Positions 25,949 through 38,215 of a stretch of DNA of 64,000 bases are shown piece after piece. This stretch comes from Camelus ferus. Its lineage: Eukaryota. Each line of letters starts with the position of its first letter. The stretch's first letter is position 1. The notes beneath the pieces were generated by a model. The model was not told the DNA's origin, did no database searches, and worked only from the letters and a program-made list of their open reading frames with translations. Position numbers and translations under genes: made by a program. The stretch lies in contig NC_045696.1 in assembly GCF_009834535.1 (NCBI RefSeq), positions 3,846,001 through 3,910,000 of the forward strand. Reading direction: 5' to 3'.

Positions 25949-26385
25949 TGTGAATTTAAAATGTCACCTGCCAAGTCAGTAAACAAAGGATGTTGTAACC
26001 ACTTTGCAGCCACTCCCAACAGTGCCCCATGTGGGGACTCAGGGTGGGAGAGAACAGGACACTGGCCCTGGGCAGCTAAGGTGCACATCAAAGGAGTGAT
26101 TTCAGTGAGCCCGGACTTTCACACCTTCCCACGCCTAGAAAAGCGGTAAATTCCTTCACTTGAGAGGTCTGGCTTTCTTGAGTTAACAGAGATCTTTTGA
26201 TGTTCCGACTACCTGGTCTTTGTTGCAAAACCTCCTATACATCCTGGCTCCTCTCCTGCCTCTTTGGAGCCGTCCCTCAGAGCGAGATGAGAGGCCGCCT
26301 CCCTGGTTCGCGTCCTCAGAAAGTCTGCCGAATAAAACGTAACTCTCAACTTTTAGGTTGTGCTGTTTTTTCGGTTCAGTCGACA
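25949..26385 (+). mobile_element. ERV1-type solo LTR (family A, copy 2)
   Basis: TG...CA termini, TSD AAGC (25945-25948 / 26386-26389), AATAAA near 26331. Confidence 0.92.
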
Positions 26386-26519
26386 AAGCAAGCTGGAAGC
26401 TGCACCCCTCACCTCCTCCCACTTTTGGCACGTGGGGGAGGGGCGAAGTCAGCAGGTGGAAGGGGGCAAGGAATTCAGCTGATTCTCCACAGAGCAGTTC
26501 GAGTAAGGAGCCAGTTTAG

Positions 26520-27058
26520 GGGACGAAGATCTAGACTCTGACAACCTTGGCAGCCACCTTGCCGAAGAGCCGTCAGGGACTCTCCATCACCCGTGAAGCA
26601 GGCGCCCGTCTCCCTCCCCGGGTCCTTGGAGTCCTTCCACCCCCACCAGGAAAGCCTGCAGGGAGCTGCCTTTCCCCTTCGAATGCAACAAAAGGCATCT
26701 GCATTTAAACACAGCTCCCTTCCCCAGGGCCTCCCCCTCCCTCAAGCCCTCCTCCCGACTTCTGCTCGGAGCCCGACGGCCGGTAGGCTGCCCCATCCGC
26801 GCGGCAGAGAGCGGGGAGGCGGCCCGGCGGGTCCCCCGCGCAGGCGCGGCGCGGGGTGCGCTTCCTGACCCGCGGGGCGGAGCGCGGCGCTGCGGGGCGG
26901 AGCCCCACATAGCGCAGCCCGACGACCCAGCGCCTCGTAGTTTCATGAGTCCCGCGCATACAAAGTGGATGTTCTCCTCCGGTCAGTCTGCCTTACGTCA
27001 ATTTGATTATTAGCCCAAAGACTTGAGGAGGGAAGAAGGGAAGAGCTTCCGCCCCTGC
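26520..27058 (+). mobile_element. Degenerate MER34/MER39-like LTR hosting a CpG-rich core
   Basis: 3' part TCTGCCTTACGTCAATTTGATTATTAGCCC...GAGGAGGGAAGAAGGGAA resembles MER34-class LTR ends (recall). Confidence 0.4.
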
Positions 27059-27400
27059 GTGGCGTTCCGTCCGCGCACGAGCCCGGGGGCCCTGTAGGGC
27101 CACATACCCCTCTCCCTGTGAGGACACCACTCAGGGTGGACGCGGGCCTCTTTTAGCAGAATCTTCTCTCTAAAGACCTACCTTCCAATACGGTCACATT
27201 CTGCGGTGGGGCGGGGCTTAGGGCTTCGAGCCTGCGAACGTGGGGGAGGGCACAGCTCAGCCCCCAGCCCCACCGTGCCGGGCTTTCCTCCTGCCCCTTT
27301 GCAGGTTCCCTGCTGACCACGGGCTCCTCCCGGGCTTCCGCCCGCCCAGCCGCAGGCTTTAGCCGTCTCCGTCTCGGCTTATTTGTGCGAAGGACTCCCA
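26750..27400. promoter_or_regulatory. Orphan CpG island with GC boxes
   Basis: Dense CpG in an otherwise CpG-poor region; repeated GCGGGGCGGAGC near 26872 and 26892; TTACGTCA near 26993. Confidence 0.7.
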
Positions 27401-28436
27401 CCTCTCCCCTCCAGCGCAGCCCTCTCTCTGCAGCCCCAGCCTCCCTCAGGTTCTCAGTTCCCTTTCTGACGTCTCCATCTGGGCGTCAAGCGTGCATCTC
27501 GGATTTAACTTGTCCAAACCTGAGCCAGTCATCTCCCCACAAACTTGCCCCTTCTTATCTCATAGGTGACAGCTCCATCCTCCCTACAGGCCAGGCCAAA
27601 AACCCTGGAGGCTTAAGACCTGAGGGCCGTTCCTTCGCACCAGGAGGGCAAGACAATGAGCCCGAGTGCCTCTCTTCTAAACTAACACAAAGAGGCTGCA
27701 GAGAAACCCAGGCCCAGACGCTGCCAGCTGATGGCGGGTCTGTGTTTGGTACCGTCTCCCTGCATCTGCAGAGGCAGCTGGAAGGGCTTGGAGTGTGCAG
27801 GTCGCTTCCCAGCAGGCCTGTGCTGGCTAGGCGTCTGTCCTCGGGCCAAAGCTCACCTGCTGAGAGGCCAGGCTGGGTCCCAGAGGGTCGCCGTGGACCG
27901 TGGAACTCGGAGCGGGGCGTTTCCTGGATACTAACGAGGTGGGAGCCTCGGTCCCCTTTACAAACATTGCACAAGTAAGATGTCATGACTGCAGCCCTGA
28001 GGACCGGGGCCGCCGTCTCTCTGCTGGTGGGCTCCTCCTGTTCTCTTGCTGATGCCGCAGCCTCTGCGGGAGTCCTATTTGGATGGGTGTTCAGGGGAAG
28101 CTGAGTCCGGGGTACATTTCATTTGGGATGCATAAATGTTATATTGTCTGCCGTCATGTGTAGCTAATTTGCTGTTAACGGTGAGGTGTGGGAATGGCTT
28201 CTCCAAATGCTCTACCACCCACAGGGCTGGCTGGGGGCAGGGATGCAGGGCAGGCGTCTCCTCGGGAGATGAGCGCTGTGTGTGCTCGGGTGCCTGGTGC
28301 CCTGCGACTGCGGAGTGCAGTGGAGCAAAGGTTCTAGACGTACGGGGCCAGAAGCTCCCTGCTAAGTGAGGAAAGGCAGAGGGTCCCTTCCATCCTCTCC
28401 ACAGAAAGGCTATTTTAAAATTGTTCTCTTAAGAAG

Positions 28437-28870
28437 TGTGAACGAAAAACACTGCAAGCCATATCAGTAAACAGAGAATACTGAAGCCATCAAGTCATCA
28501 GCTGCTGCCGCCGCCCCCCAGTGAAGACAGACCTGCAGCCCGACCTCTGCGGCCACTCACAATGGTGCCCTCTGAGGGGACTCAGAATAAGAAAGGACAG
28601 GACATTGAATTCAATGAGCCCAAATGTTTGCTTCCTCTGATACATAGATAAGCACTAAATTCTTTAACTTGAAATGCCTGTTTTTCTTTAGATAACAAGT
28701 AACCTTTTATTGTTCCAACTACCTGGTCTTTGTTGTAAAGCTCCTGTATATCCCAGCTCCTCCCCTACCTCTTCGGAGCAGCCCCTCAGAGCCGTCATCC
28801 CGGCTCGAGTCCTCCCGCCAAATAAAACATAACTCTCAACTCTTAGGCTGCGCGTTTATCTTAGTTGACA
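28437..28870 (+). mobile_element. ERV1-type solo LTR (family A, copy 3)
   Basis: TG...CA termini, TSD GAAG (28433-28436 / 28871-28874); shares ACTACCTGGTCTTTGTTG and AATAAAACATAACTCTCAACT with the other copies. Confidence 0.92.
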
Positions 28871-30209
28871 GAAGTAAACAGAGTGTGTACCCCCAAAATG
28901 TAGTTTAAAAGTTACAGTAGAATTAATACGACTGTTAGGTTCTTTTTCTTAATTTGTGATATGGTGGTAATGTTAGCGGTTGAGAATTTGCAGTTTATTG
29001 TGGATTCTCATTTCAAATAGATGTCTCCTTTTGATCTGCTCTTGGAGTGATGATTTTGTATTTTACACCTTAAAGAGGGTTTTTCCAAGACAGGTAAGCT
29101 TCAGCTTCAGTGCAGTGCGGCTCTGGCCCTTGTAGGCGCTCTTGCAAATATGCATCGCATCCCTCCCCACCCCGCTTCAGCAGTGCTAGGCTCCCGGGTC
29201 CTGTGTAAATACTGGTTTGTTTTGCTATTGTTGACCTAGAAGAAGAGCTTGAACAAGCGACACCAAAGAAAACCAGGTTTCCCACAGGCCCCGGTTGCCG
29301 GCCCTGGTTGCCGGTCCCGGCCGGTTTGGGTTGTGGTTTTGTTTGGATCTCTGCAGTGTTTTTGTGCTTTTTTCTCTTTTCAAATCACTTCCAGATCCAT
29401 CATTTCCTGGGCCCGTTGGTGCAGTGATGTAGGACGGGCACATCGCCAAGTCCCTCCCTTTCAGAGTTAGACACGATCACTGGCAGGCGGCCACCCTGCC
29501 AGACACCGGGGGTGCCTGGAGCCCAAACCCAGATTAACTGGCCTGGATGCTCGTCTGTCCAGTGAGGGGCCTGGTCTGGAATCTCAGCAACAGACAGCCG
29601 AGATTTGCTCAAGGCAACTTCTGGCCTCCGGTCCCAGGGAAAGAAGCCCTTGAGCCCCAGGGGTTAATTGTCTCTGCAGTTTCTGGTCCAACTGGACAAA
29701 CCAGGCAGGACAGGCGAGTGGGAAGAGGAGGAATGCTTCCTGGTGTAACTAGTGAGACAGGAGGGAAGACCATTCACAAACCACCCAGTCCGCCCCTGGA
29801 GGGACAGAAACCGATCCTGGGTGCCGCCTGGGCCCCTCCTGCGAGAACCCCGGCTGTGGACACGGCCACGCGGAAGGATCAGGGCTCACCTAGCCTCTTG
29901 CTGAGTCCCCAGGTCTACCAGCTCCCCATCCAGCCTCCCAGATGTCAACCCAGCCCCCAAATAGGACAGGTGACCACACCACATGCGTCTCCTACCAACC
30001 TGGCCAGCCCTCCCTCTGCAGAGCAGACTGAACTTGGAGATGCCAGCGCCCGGCTCTCTGCCCTACTGGGCCTGCTGGGGGCAGAGGAGGGCCTCTGGGG
30101 CTCAGGCCTGGGCCCGGCTGTGCTGCCACCTTCTCCAGGCAAGGTGCCTCCTGCTGCCTCCCCCGCATCTCACCCACCTGGACGGCAACTCCTTGGCTCA
30201 CGAGATCCC

Positions 30210-30584
30210 TCAGCCTCTGCAGCCGCCCCAGCGTGCCAACTGTGGGGACTCAGGATGGAAAAGGACAGGACACTGGCCCTAGACAGCTAGCTGCACATCA
30301 GTGGAATGATTTCATTGAGCCCAGACCTTTGCACCTTCCCAGACACAGAAAAGCATCAAATTCCTTAATTTGAGATGTCTGGTTGTCTTTAATTAACAGT
30401 AATCTTTTGATGTTCTGACTACTAGGTCTTTGTTGCAAAAACTCCTGTATATCCTGGCTTCTCCCCTACCTCTTTGGAGCAAGCAGGCTCCTAGAGCCAT
30501 CTCCTGGGCTTGGAGTCCTCAGAACGTCCACCAAATAAAACTTAAGTCTCAACTTTTAGGCTGTGCACTTTTTTTAAGTGGACA
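30210..30584 (+). mobile_element. ERV1-type LTR (family A, copy 4), 5'-truncated
   Basis: TGTGGGGACTCAGGATGG...GGACACTGGCCC...AATAAAACTTAAGTCTCAACTTTTAGGCTGTGC...GGACA. Confidence 0.88.
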
Positions 30585-30829
30585 AAGGACACCCAGTGGG
30601 CATGGACTCCAGTCCACCCCACCCCACCCCAGTCCTGACCACACTGCAGCTCCAAACAAGATGCCCCAACCCCACCCCGTCTGTCAAGCAGGGCTCGTGA
30701 CACTTAACTCCAGCCTTGTTCCTGGAATCCGAGCAGATCACATTCAGGAAGCACCATCGAAGAGCAGAGCATATGGTAGATCCAAGAAATTAAAAAAAAA
30801 AAACAAAAAACCCAAAACTAAACCTATTT

Positions 30830-31157
30830 TCTTCATCCATTCAGGCTGCTATAACCTGAATAGCACAGCCCGGCTCAGACAGCAAACACCTGTCTCAGCT
30901 CTGGAGGCTGGGAGACCAGGATCAAGTTGCCTTGTGTTCAGTGTGTAGCTGGCTGTCTTCTCGCTGCGTCCTCATGTGGCTCGAGGGACCAGGGAGCTCC
31001 CTGGGGTCTCTTCCGAGAAGACACTAATCCTGTTCATGGGGGCTCCACCCACATGACCAAATCAGCCCCTAAAGCCTCCATCTCCATACACCATCACACT
31101 GGGGGTAGGATCTCAGCACACGAGTCTAGGGGGCCACAAGCATCTAGTCTATAGCAC
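30830..31157 (-). mobile_element. MaLR LTR (MLT1A-D-like)
   Basis: CAGCTCTGGAGGCTGGGAGACCAGGATCAAG...GACACTAATCCTGTTCATGGGGGCTCCACCCACATGACC...CATCACACTGGGGGTAGG. Confidence 0.8.
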
Positions 31158-32349
31158 CTATGAGTCACCTTGAAGGTGTCCCTTCTTTTCTGGAGATTTT
31201 AACTTTTAAGTTAAGAAAGGCAGCAGGAGAGTGGGCTCTGGGGCACGGATGGTCCAGGTGATCTCCACGGAAGACAGGAGGACGCCCCCAGTGAAGGCAC
31301 AGGTGCAGCTGCCCCTCACCCTTCCAGGCTGAGACCCCTCTAGAGGAGAACCCCTCGGAGAACCGTTACAGCCCACAAAAGCAGGGGCGACCGAAAGAGG
31401 GTACAGAGTGTGGTCCAGACCACCAGTGTCAGCTCCACCCCAGAACCACCAAAGTGGGCTCTTGGAGGCGCAGCCCAGAAATTTGCATTCTTTTAAATTC
31501 AGGGTTTTGGGGTGAGTCTTATATTAGAATGAAACTTGAGAATTCTGGAGCTGTTACACCTACACACATAGGACCTCTGTGATGGCGTTCTTCCAACCTT
31601 CCAGGCTGACCCACCCTTCTTCTGAGTGACATGTTCTTCTGTTTTGTTTGTCTGTTTGCTTGTTTTAGCCGTTTTTGTACTTTAATTGGAGTAAGATAAA
31701 GTCTCACTGGTTTCGAGCTATTTTCTCTCTTAAATGGGGGCGCTGAACACCTATGCTCGGATCTGCTGTGAACTGCCTGCTACGGTGTTAACTGTCAGCA
31801 AGCAATTGTTTTATAATATTCAAGTTCTTGGGTCACCTCCTTGTCATCTATGTAGGGACAACAAATGCTTTTAAAATCCTGTTGTGCTCATGAAATCTCA
31901 CCATTACAAACAAGTCTGCAAAGTCACCTTGTCCTTTGCAGGGGTTTTAGCCGTGGTTTCCTAGGTGGCGGGAGAGCTTTCAAAACCAGTTGCTAACAGC
32001 TTTCTTACACTTCCCCTCTGCCCGCTCATTCCCACCCCAGCTGGCTCCGGACTTTATTTCTCTGGAGATTGGGGTGGCAGATGGAGGGTCTAGCAGAAGG
32101 GACCAGGAGTGGGTCTTTCTGGCTCTTTTAGTCCAAAAGCCCAAATCCTTAGGAGAACTATTTGGAGAGCACACTTTTGAAAGGCTATAAAATGAAGAGA
32201 GGAGAGAATTTGCTGAGAAAGAGAGGAACTTCCCTCTGCAGGGGAGGCGGGGGGGGGGGGGCGGCGGGGGGGGGGGAGGAGGGCTGGGCTGTAGGTACTG
32301 CTGTATATGCTGTGCCCTTGTCTAAGTGGGGATTGTTTCAGCTTCATCT

Positions 32350-32399
32350 TTTCTTGTCTTTTTCTTTCACCTTTTTTGTGGGGGAGGTAATTAGGTTGG

Positions 32400-32444
<45 letters not shown>

Positions 32445-32518
32445 TATTTTTTAAATGGAGGTACTGGGGATTGAACCCAGGACCTGCTGCATGCTGAGCA
32501 TGAGCTACACCCTCTCCC
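32350..32518 (-). mobile_element. Vic-1-type SINE with internal (CTAT)n microsatellite (32401-32444)
   Basis: GGGGAGGTAATTAGGTT...AATGGAGGTACTGGGGATTGAACCCAGGACC; short deletion near the A box. Confidence 0.88.
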
Positions 32519-33769
32519 CTCAACTTCCTGCTGTAGACACTGCTGATCACTTTCTCCGGATGGGGTCTGAGGCTCCTGGTGCGGACCGTTTACCCTCCGG
32601 CACCCTAAGTAGCAAGTGCCGTGGTTTTGCAGGTTTCGCCAGTTTTGCCCTTTCCCTGCATGGGACCCTGTTCCCAGCACGCGGGGCCACGGAGGCAGCC
32701 ACCAGCAGGGAGTCCTTGTCCCCAGCTAGTCTTCAGATTTGTGCCTCTCTTTCTACGGGGCTGCATGGTATCTATTTTTAAAATTTTAGTTTGACGTGAG
32801 TGGATTCATTTGGTTGGAAAAGTTGAGAATTTAATGTCACCATTATGATTTTGAAACATACCTTGAAAAAAAAAAAAACCAAGACTGGGCATCCCTGCAA
32901 GGAGGCCTCGGAAGACTGCACGGGTGTTTTATTCGCTCGGATTCATTTATAAGCGCTGTCTCAAAATTTGGGTGCAAGATTGCAAAAAAATCCCCAAAAG
33001 ACATAAGCAATCAGGTGACTAAAGTAAACAAACAAGAAGGATGAACAAGGAACAAGACAAAGCACGCTGACCACAGAGGGGAGCACAGAAAATTCGTTTC
33101 CAAGCTTCCTGGTAACTGAGGGCATCAAGGGACACACGGCAGTTCCCTGAGGGAGCAGACAGTCTTTTCCAGAAGGACCAGATTCCCCAGGGAAACCTCC
33201 CCACAGGCACAGACAGGGCTGTGTGTGATGCAGGGTGACGCCCGCAGGGAGAGCCAGTCCTCGGCTGGGTTTCCTTCTGTAAATAATGTAGAAGAAAATC
33301 TCCCACTCTTAGATGGGCTTTAATATTTCGCCTCCAAAAGGCATGAAGTGTCACCGCCTCCCCTTTCACTCTCTCTCGACTCCCCAGCACTGGGGTTTGT
33401 GTCCCCCTCGGTCCGCAGGAATTGCCCTGGCCATGGTCCCTGGATGGAGCCAGGGTGCAGCCTGGTCCTCCCTCACATCACAGGTCAGCTGCCGCTTCTG
33501 CTTGGATCCCATCTTCATTCATCCTCCCAGGCCCTCTCGCCCCTTGGTCGCTCCTGCCCACATCCCAGGCTGTGCCCTCTCTCCCTCCTTCTGGGCTCCC
33601 CCAGCCCTGCCCCAGCTCCATCCACAGGGGACACTCCCTTCCTGGGGGCCTGCCTAGATCCCTGGCTCTCTCTCAACAGCACCTTCTGCTCGTGGCCCGA
33701 CTTTGTATCTCCCTTCCTTCAGCTCCAACACAAACGCATCATCTCCACTGAGAGGCTCGACTGGCAACC

Positions 33770-34170
33770 GTGTCTGTTTCCTGGGGCTGCTTTGACTAAA
33801 TGCCAAGACAGGCAAGGGCCTTAAACAACACATTTTCCCCCCTCATAGTTCTGGAGGCCAGAAGCCCAGGGTCAAGGTGTTGGCCTGTTTGGTTTCTCCT
33901 GAGGCCCCCTCCTTGGCTTTCAGATGACCATCTTCTCGATATGCCCTTCCACGGTCCTCCCTCTGTTGGCACACATGCTTTTTGTCTCTCGGTGTCCAAG
34001 CTCTCCTTCTCGTAAGGACGCCAGTCAGATAGAATTAGGGTCCACCCTAAATGCCTCATTTTAGCTGAATCATCTCTTTTAAGGCTCCACCCCCAAATGT
34101 GGGACATCCTGAGATCCTGGGGGTTAGGGCTAACCAGATGAACTGGGGAGGGACGTTCACCCAACACAGC
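33770..34170 (-). mobile_element. MaLR LTR (MLT1B/C-like)
   Basis: CTTAAACAACACATTT...ATAGTTCTGGAGGCCAGAAGCCCAGGGTCAAGGTGTTGG...TAAGGACGCCAGTCAGATAGAATTAGGG. Confidence 0.8.
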
Positions 34171-35199
34171 TGCTCACAGTCGGCCTGCCCCAGACCATGT
34201 TCTTCATCACTCCCACGTCTGCTTCCCCATCTCCGTAACTGGCACTTCCCGTCCCCCAGCTGCTTGGACTAAACCCTCGGGGTCCTCTCTGGCTGCCTGC
34301 TGTCTCTCAGCCCCCATCCAGTTCATTAATGCCGCTGCTGTCAGTCCCGCAACGTCCCAGCTGCCGGGACACCGTGGAACGCACCCTCTCTGTGGACCCT
34401 CCTCATCCGCGTGGTGTGCCAGCTGCAGGCTCCAGTCGCAGCGGGGAGCAGAGTGCGCCTTCCTTCCGACGGCCCTGTGATCTCTCTGCTGCCTTCCAAC
34501 TACTCAAAAACAAGCCAAGATTCTCTGGGTTGCCCCGAGGCCTCCGACAGTCTGCCCCAGTCCCACTGCCTTCATTTCCATCTCTCATCTGGTCTCTGCC
34601 AGCCTCTGGTTCCTTCCCCACGCGCTCCGGGAAGGTCCTTCCTCCACTCAGGTGCGCCTGTTTCCTCTCCCGCCTCTTTTGGGGGCCGCCCCCCACTCCT
34701 GTATGAGGAGGACTCCCTCGTATCATCACTCTGTCCCCACCCCCTGCCTTGGAGCAGTTAGCCCCATCTGACCCTGTGTGTTTATTGTTTGTTTCTGCTT
34801 TTCTGTTGGACCAGAAGCTGCACAAGGACTTGCAGTCGCAGTCCCTGAGCCCCCAGCACGGGCCTGGCGGTGGTTCAGTAAACTTGGCAGCGCCCCACAG
34901 AGCACAGGCAGGAGCCAGGAGGGAGCACAGAGGAAGGTGGGGAGGTTTTGTTTGCTTGGCAGAAGCGTCTGACCTCAGCCTCCAGTGAGACAGGGTCTCG
35001 GGAACAGGCTGCAGGGCACGCGGCATGGACCAGATCCAGCACCTTCTGGGAAAGCTCACACAGTGGTTCCAAGCGTGTCCCATGCCAGGGCTGGCCACGC
35101 AGATGCCCACATCAACAAAGGAGACCAAAGAGTGTCGCTCAGCACCCAGTTCTACCGGGACTGAGGCGCGACCCACCGCGGTACCTGCCAAATGGGCAC

Positions 35200-35590
35200 T
35201 GAGGGAAAATCAAGGCACTAACAGAAGGGGCCCTCTGTGCTGTGGACAAGCGGGTCCCCGACATCATTAGATGCATATCTCAGGAAGCCTCTCAATGACC
35301 CGGTTCCCTGCTTCTCCCACACATCAAAAAGCACTCACATCATTAACTCAAGATACCTGTTTTTTGGAACCAGCAGTAATCTTTTACCCAGATGTATGCT
35401 TGACTGCATGAATTCCTAGCCAAAAAAAAGAAAAAAAGAAAAAAAAATCCTGTATAAACTGGCTTCTCCCCCACATCTTCAGAGTAGTCATCTCAGTGTC
35501 ACTGAGAGGCTGTCTCCCGGGCTATAGTCTTCAGTAAGTCCCCGAATACAACTTAAACTCACAGCTCTTACGTGCTGTGCGTTTCCCGTA
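35200..35590 (+). mobile_element. ERV1-type LTR distantly related to family A
   Basis: AAAAGCACT...TTAACTCAAGATACCTG...CCTGTATAAACTGGCTTCTCCCC...GAGAGGCTGTCTCCCGGGCTATAGTCTTCAGTAAG...AAACTCACAGCTCTTACG; ends approximate. Confidence 0.65.
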
Positions 35591-35639
35591 AGTCTGCAGC
35601 TACAGGGCTGCTGGGGCTGCCCCGGCTCCATCTGAAAGG

Positions 35640-35810
35640 TGTGAGTCCAGTCAGCCAGGTCTTCCAAGTCTTAAAGAGGAGCTGGAAAGCTGGATTTTAT
35701 GTGACATCTCCCGTTTTAAAAATGTTGGTTCAAAATGCTTTTAGAATTCCATGTTTCTGCTAAGACATGTCATACAGACCTCGTTTGGCCACTACAACCA
35801 ATTGAGAGCC
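35640..35810. mobile_element. MER103-like hAT fragment
   Basis: AAGAGGAGCTGGAAAGCTGGATTTTATGTGACATCTCCCGTTTTAAAAATGTTGG. Confidence 0.6.
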
Positions 35811-37689
35811 TTGTCCTAGAGCAAGCTAAAGTGGCTTTCCTTCTGGTCTCGAGTCATAAAGTCAAAGAACAATTAGGACACAAACCTGTAATTTAACCTT
35901 GAAAGCCATACAGAGGAGAGCACCGCTGTAGAGGTCCTTCCTCCCATCTCACAAGATGGACACAGATAGGCAGTCTCACCTCGAGCTTGTTCAGCACTTT
36001 CAGGGGAAATAGGATAAGTGCCCCTTTCCACAAGGCACTTCTTGGCACCTGCTGGAAACTCCCACGTGAAAGACCCACATCCCTCATGACTACAGATGTG
36101 AAAGGCACCCCCAGGAGTTGTGCAGTCCACAACCTGCACAGCCGCACAGGACAGCCTAGGCCTGGATGTCTCTGTCCAGCCCATCCCAGACCTACTCGGG
36201 TTTGAGAGTTGTCTGAACTCTCCACTCTGGAAAAAATGAAAACTTGTATTTGCCTGGCTCTCCCCAGTTGGCAAAGTCTCTCCTTATTCATTGGTTAGCC
36301 TGATTCTCCACGACCTAGAAATGTGTTATTGTGCCTGTTTTATGGATAAAGGGACTAGCTGAGCAGTTTGCCTCTGAGGTTACGGAAGCCGTTAGAGGCA
36401 GGAGTGCTGACCCCAGAGCCCTGCCTGCAGGGCTTCCTGGAGGCCTGGGGTGCTCCCCCAACCCCTGGGCGGCCCCGGACTCCCTAGTCCTCATCCTCAG
36501 CGCAGGCTCGTGCTCCCACTCCCACCCCCGCACCCTAGGTCACTGGGGGGTCACCCGCAGTCCCTCTCAGGGCACTGCCCCAGGGTTACTGAGGGGGACT
36601 GGGAGCCGTACTTTTTCAAGGAAGCAGTTGGTAAAAGAGAAAGGAGATTGCTGCCGTCTTCCTTTTTTAAGTCAGAGTAATTCACTGTTTTACAGCAGAT
36701 TTTTTCGTACCCAGAGCTGAAAGACTTTTACAACGGGCAACATGACTGCTGTTTAATTTTCTTTATTAGCTGTACTGAGTAATTTGTCACCATCTACACA
36801 AAATCGGCCCATTGTTGTCAGGTGCAGGCTCCCCCAACACTGCTCACCCAGCAGGACAAAGCCTAGCTCACTAGTCACGGCAAAGGTGGGGTCTGCAGAG
36901 GCCTGGAAGGCTGGGTTAAGGCGGGGCTTTTAGGGGGTGGGGGCTGGGGGTGGAGACGGGTGAGATTAGGGTTGGTTGTGGGTCACAGGACCAGAGCCGG
37001 ACCGGCGAGAAGAGCCAGGCCAGGAGTTTGAGGCACGGCTTCAAAGAGCCTTAGGGCACGAATGGTTGGTACTTTCCATTGAAGAGCTGGTGGGCCTTCG
37101 GGGGATTTCTGTAATAAATGATGGAGTCTTTTGCCTGGGCCTTCTGGAGTAGCAGAGTCATGCTAATGAAGGCAGAGGAAGTAAAGCCTTGTTAATGTGG
37201 ACAGTGAGCTGTGTGGGGCGTGGGGCGTTGGTGGTTTCAGTTTTGATATTTTAAAGGACAGATTCACTGAAGCAGCTATAGCTTCTAAACACCAATGAGA
37301 AAAGGAATAGCTGTGTACTTAGATCTTAAGTGTATATACACACACACACATTACATATACACAGTGTTTACACACACGTACGTGCATGTGCACACACTTA
37401 TGTACACGTAAGTGCACAGATATCGAGAGAGTGCTCAGCATGTCACAATCTCAGATAAACAAACGAGAGGCACTCGAGCCCAGAAGAACGATGCCATTTA
37501 TTCATCAGCCTCGGTTCATCTCCCGAGCGGATGGATGCAGCTGCAAGGTGGAGCATCTTCGCGCCTGAAGACACGGGCGGGCCGGGCCGCCACTCAAGCT
37601 GCCAGCCTCCTTGGAGGAGTCGCTCCTAGTCTGCTTCGCATCGTGTTGCCCCCATCCTAACAGCTCGGCTGCCTGTCTCACACTTAGAC

Positions 37690-38215
37690 TTACGGCTGGA
37701 CATTGTGTTTCTCAGGGGAGAAGGAGATTCAAGGGTTTTATGAAACTTTGGGCCAGCCATTGCCAGGAAAAAACCCCCAGAAACATGCGCACCGCCCTAA
37801 GTTGCCTTCCTGACCCAGAGCTGAGGGGTTTTGGGGGTGTGGAAGGAGACTGGGGGCAGTAAATTCAGCATCAGTGTCAAGGTCTGAAAGTGTCATACAT
37901 GATCTCAGTGCAGGGGGGACGTGCAGTCAGCACACGCTCAGGCAGAGGCTTGCTGCCCGTCACGAGGAACAGATGTCACCGGTAATTTTAGTGCTTTTCT
38001 AGATATGAGGAGACACAAGAATCTGGGCTCATAAAATCTTCTCCTGAAAATATCCGTCTGAAGGCCTGTTCTGCAAGTTTTCCCAGAACATAGAGCGCCT
38101 CATTCCTGACCCCACCCTGAGCTCCTTGCAGTGGGTGTTGGAGGTCCGCGGCTGCAGCGGCCCATGGGTTAATCCAAGCAGAGGTAGATGGCAGTGCCAA
38201 TTTCAAGGTGGCAGT
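37690..38215 (-). mobile_element. ERV1-type LTR related to family A
   Basis: TTTAGTGCTTTTCTAGATATGAGGAG...CTGGGCTCA...CCACCCTGAGCTCC...GGCTGCAG parallels 2940-3090. Confidence 0.6.

Noticed and set aside
29547..30290. 247-aa ORF
   Set aside because: Low-complexity Pro-rich translation ending inside an LTR; no domain
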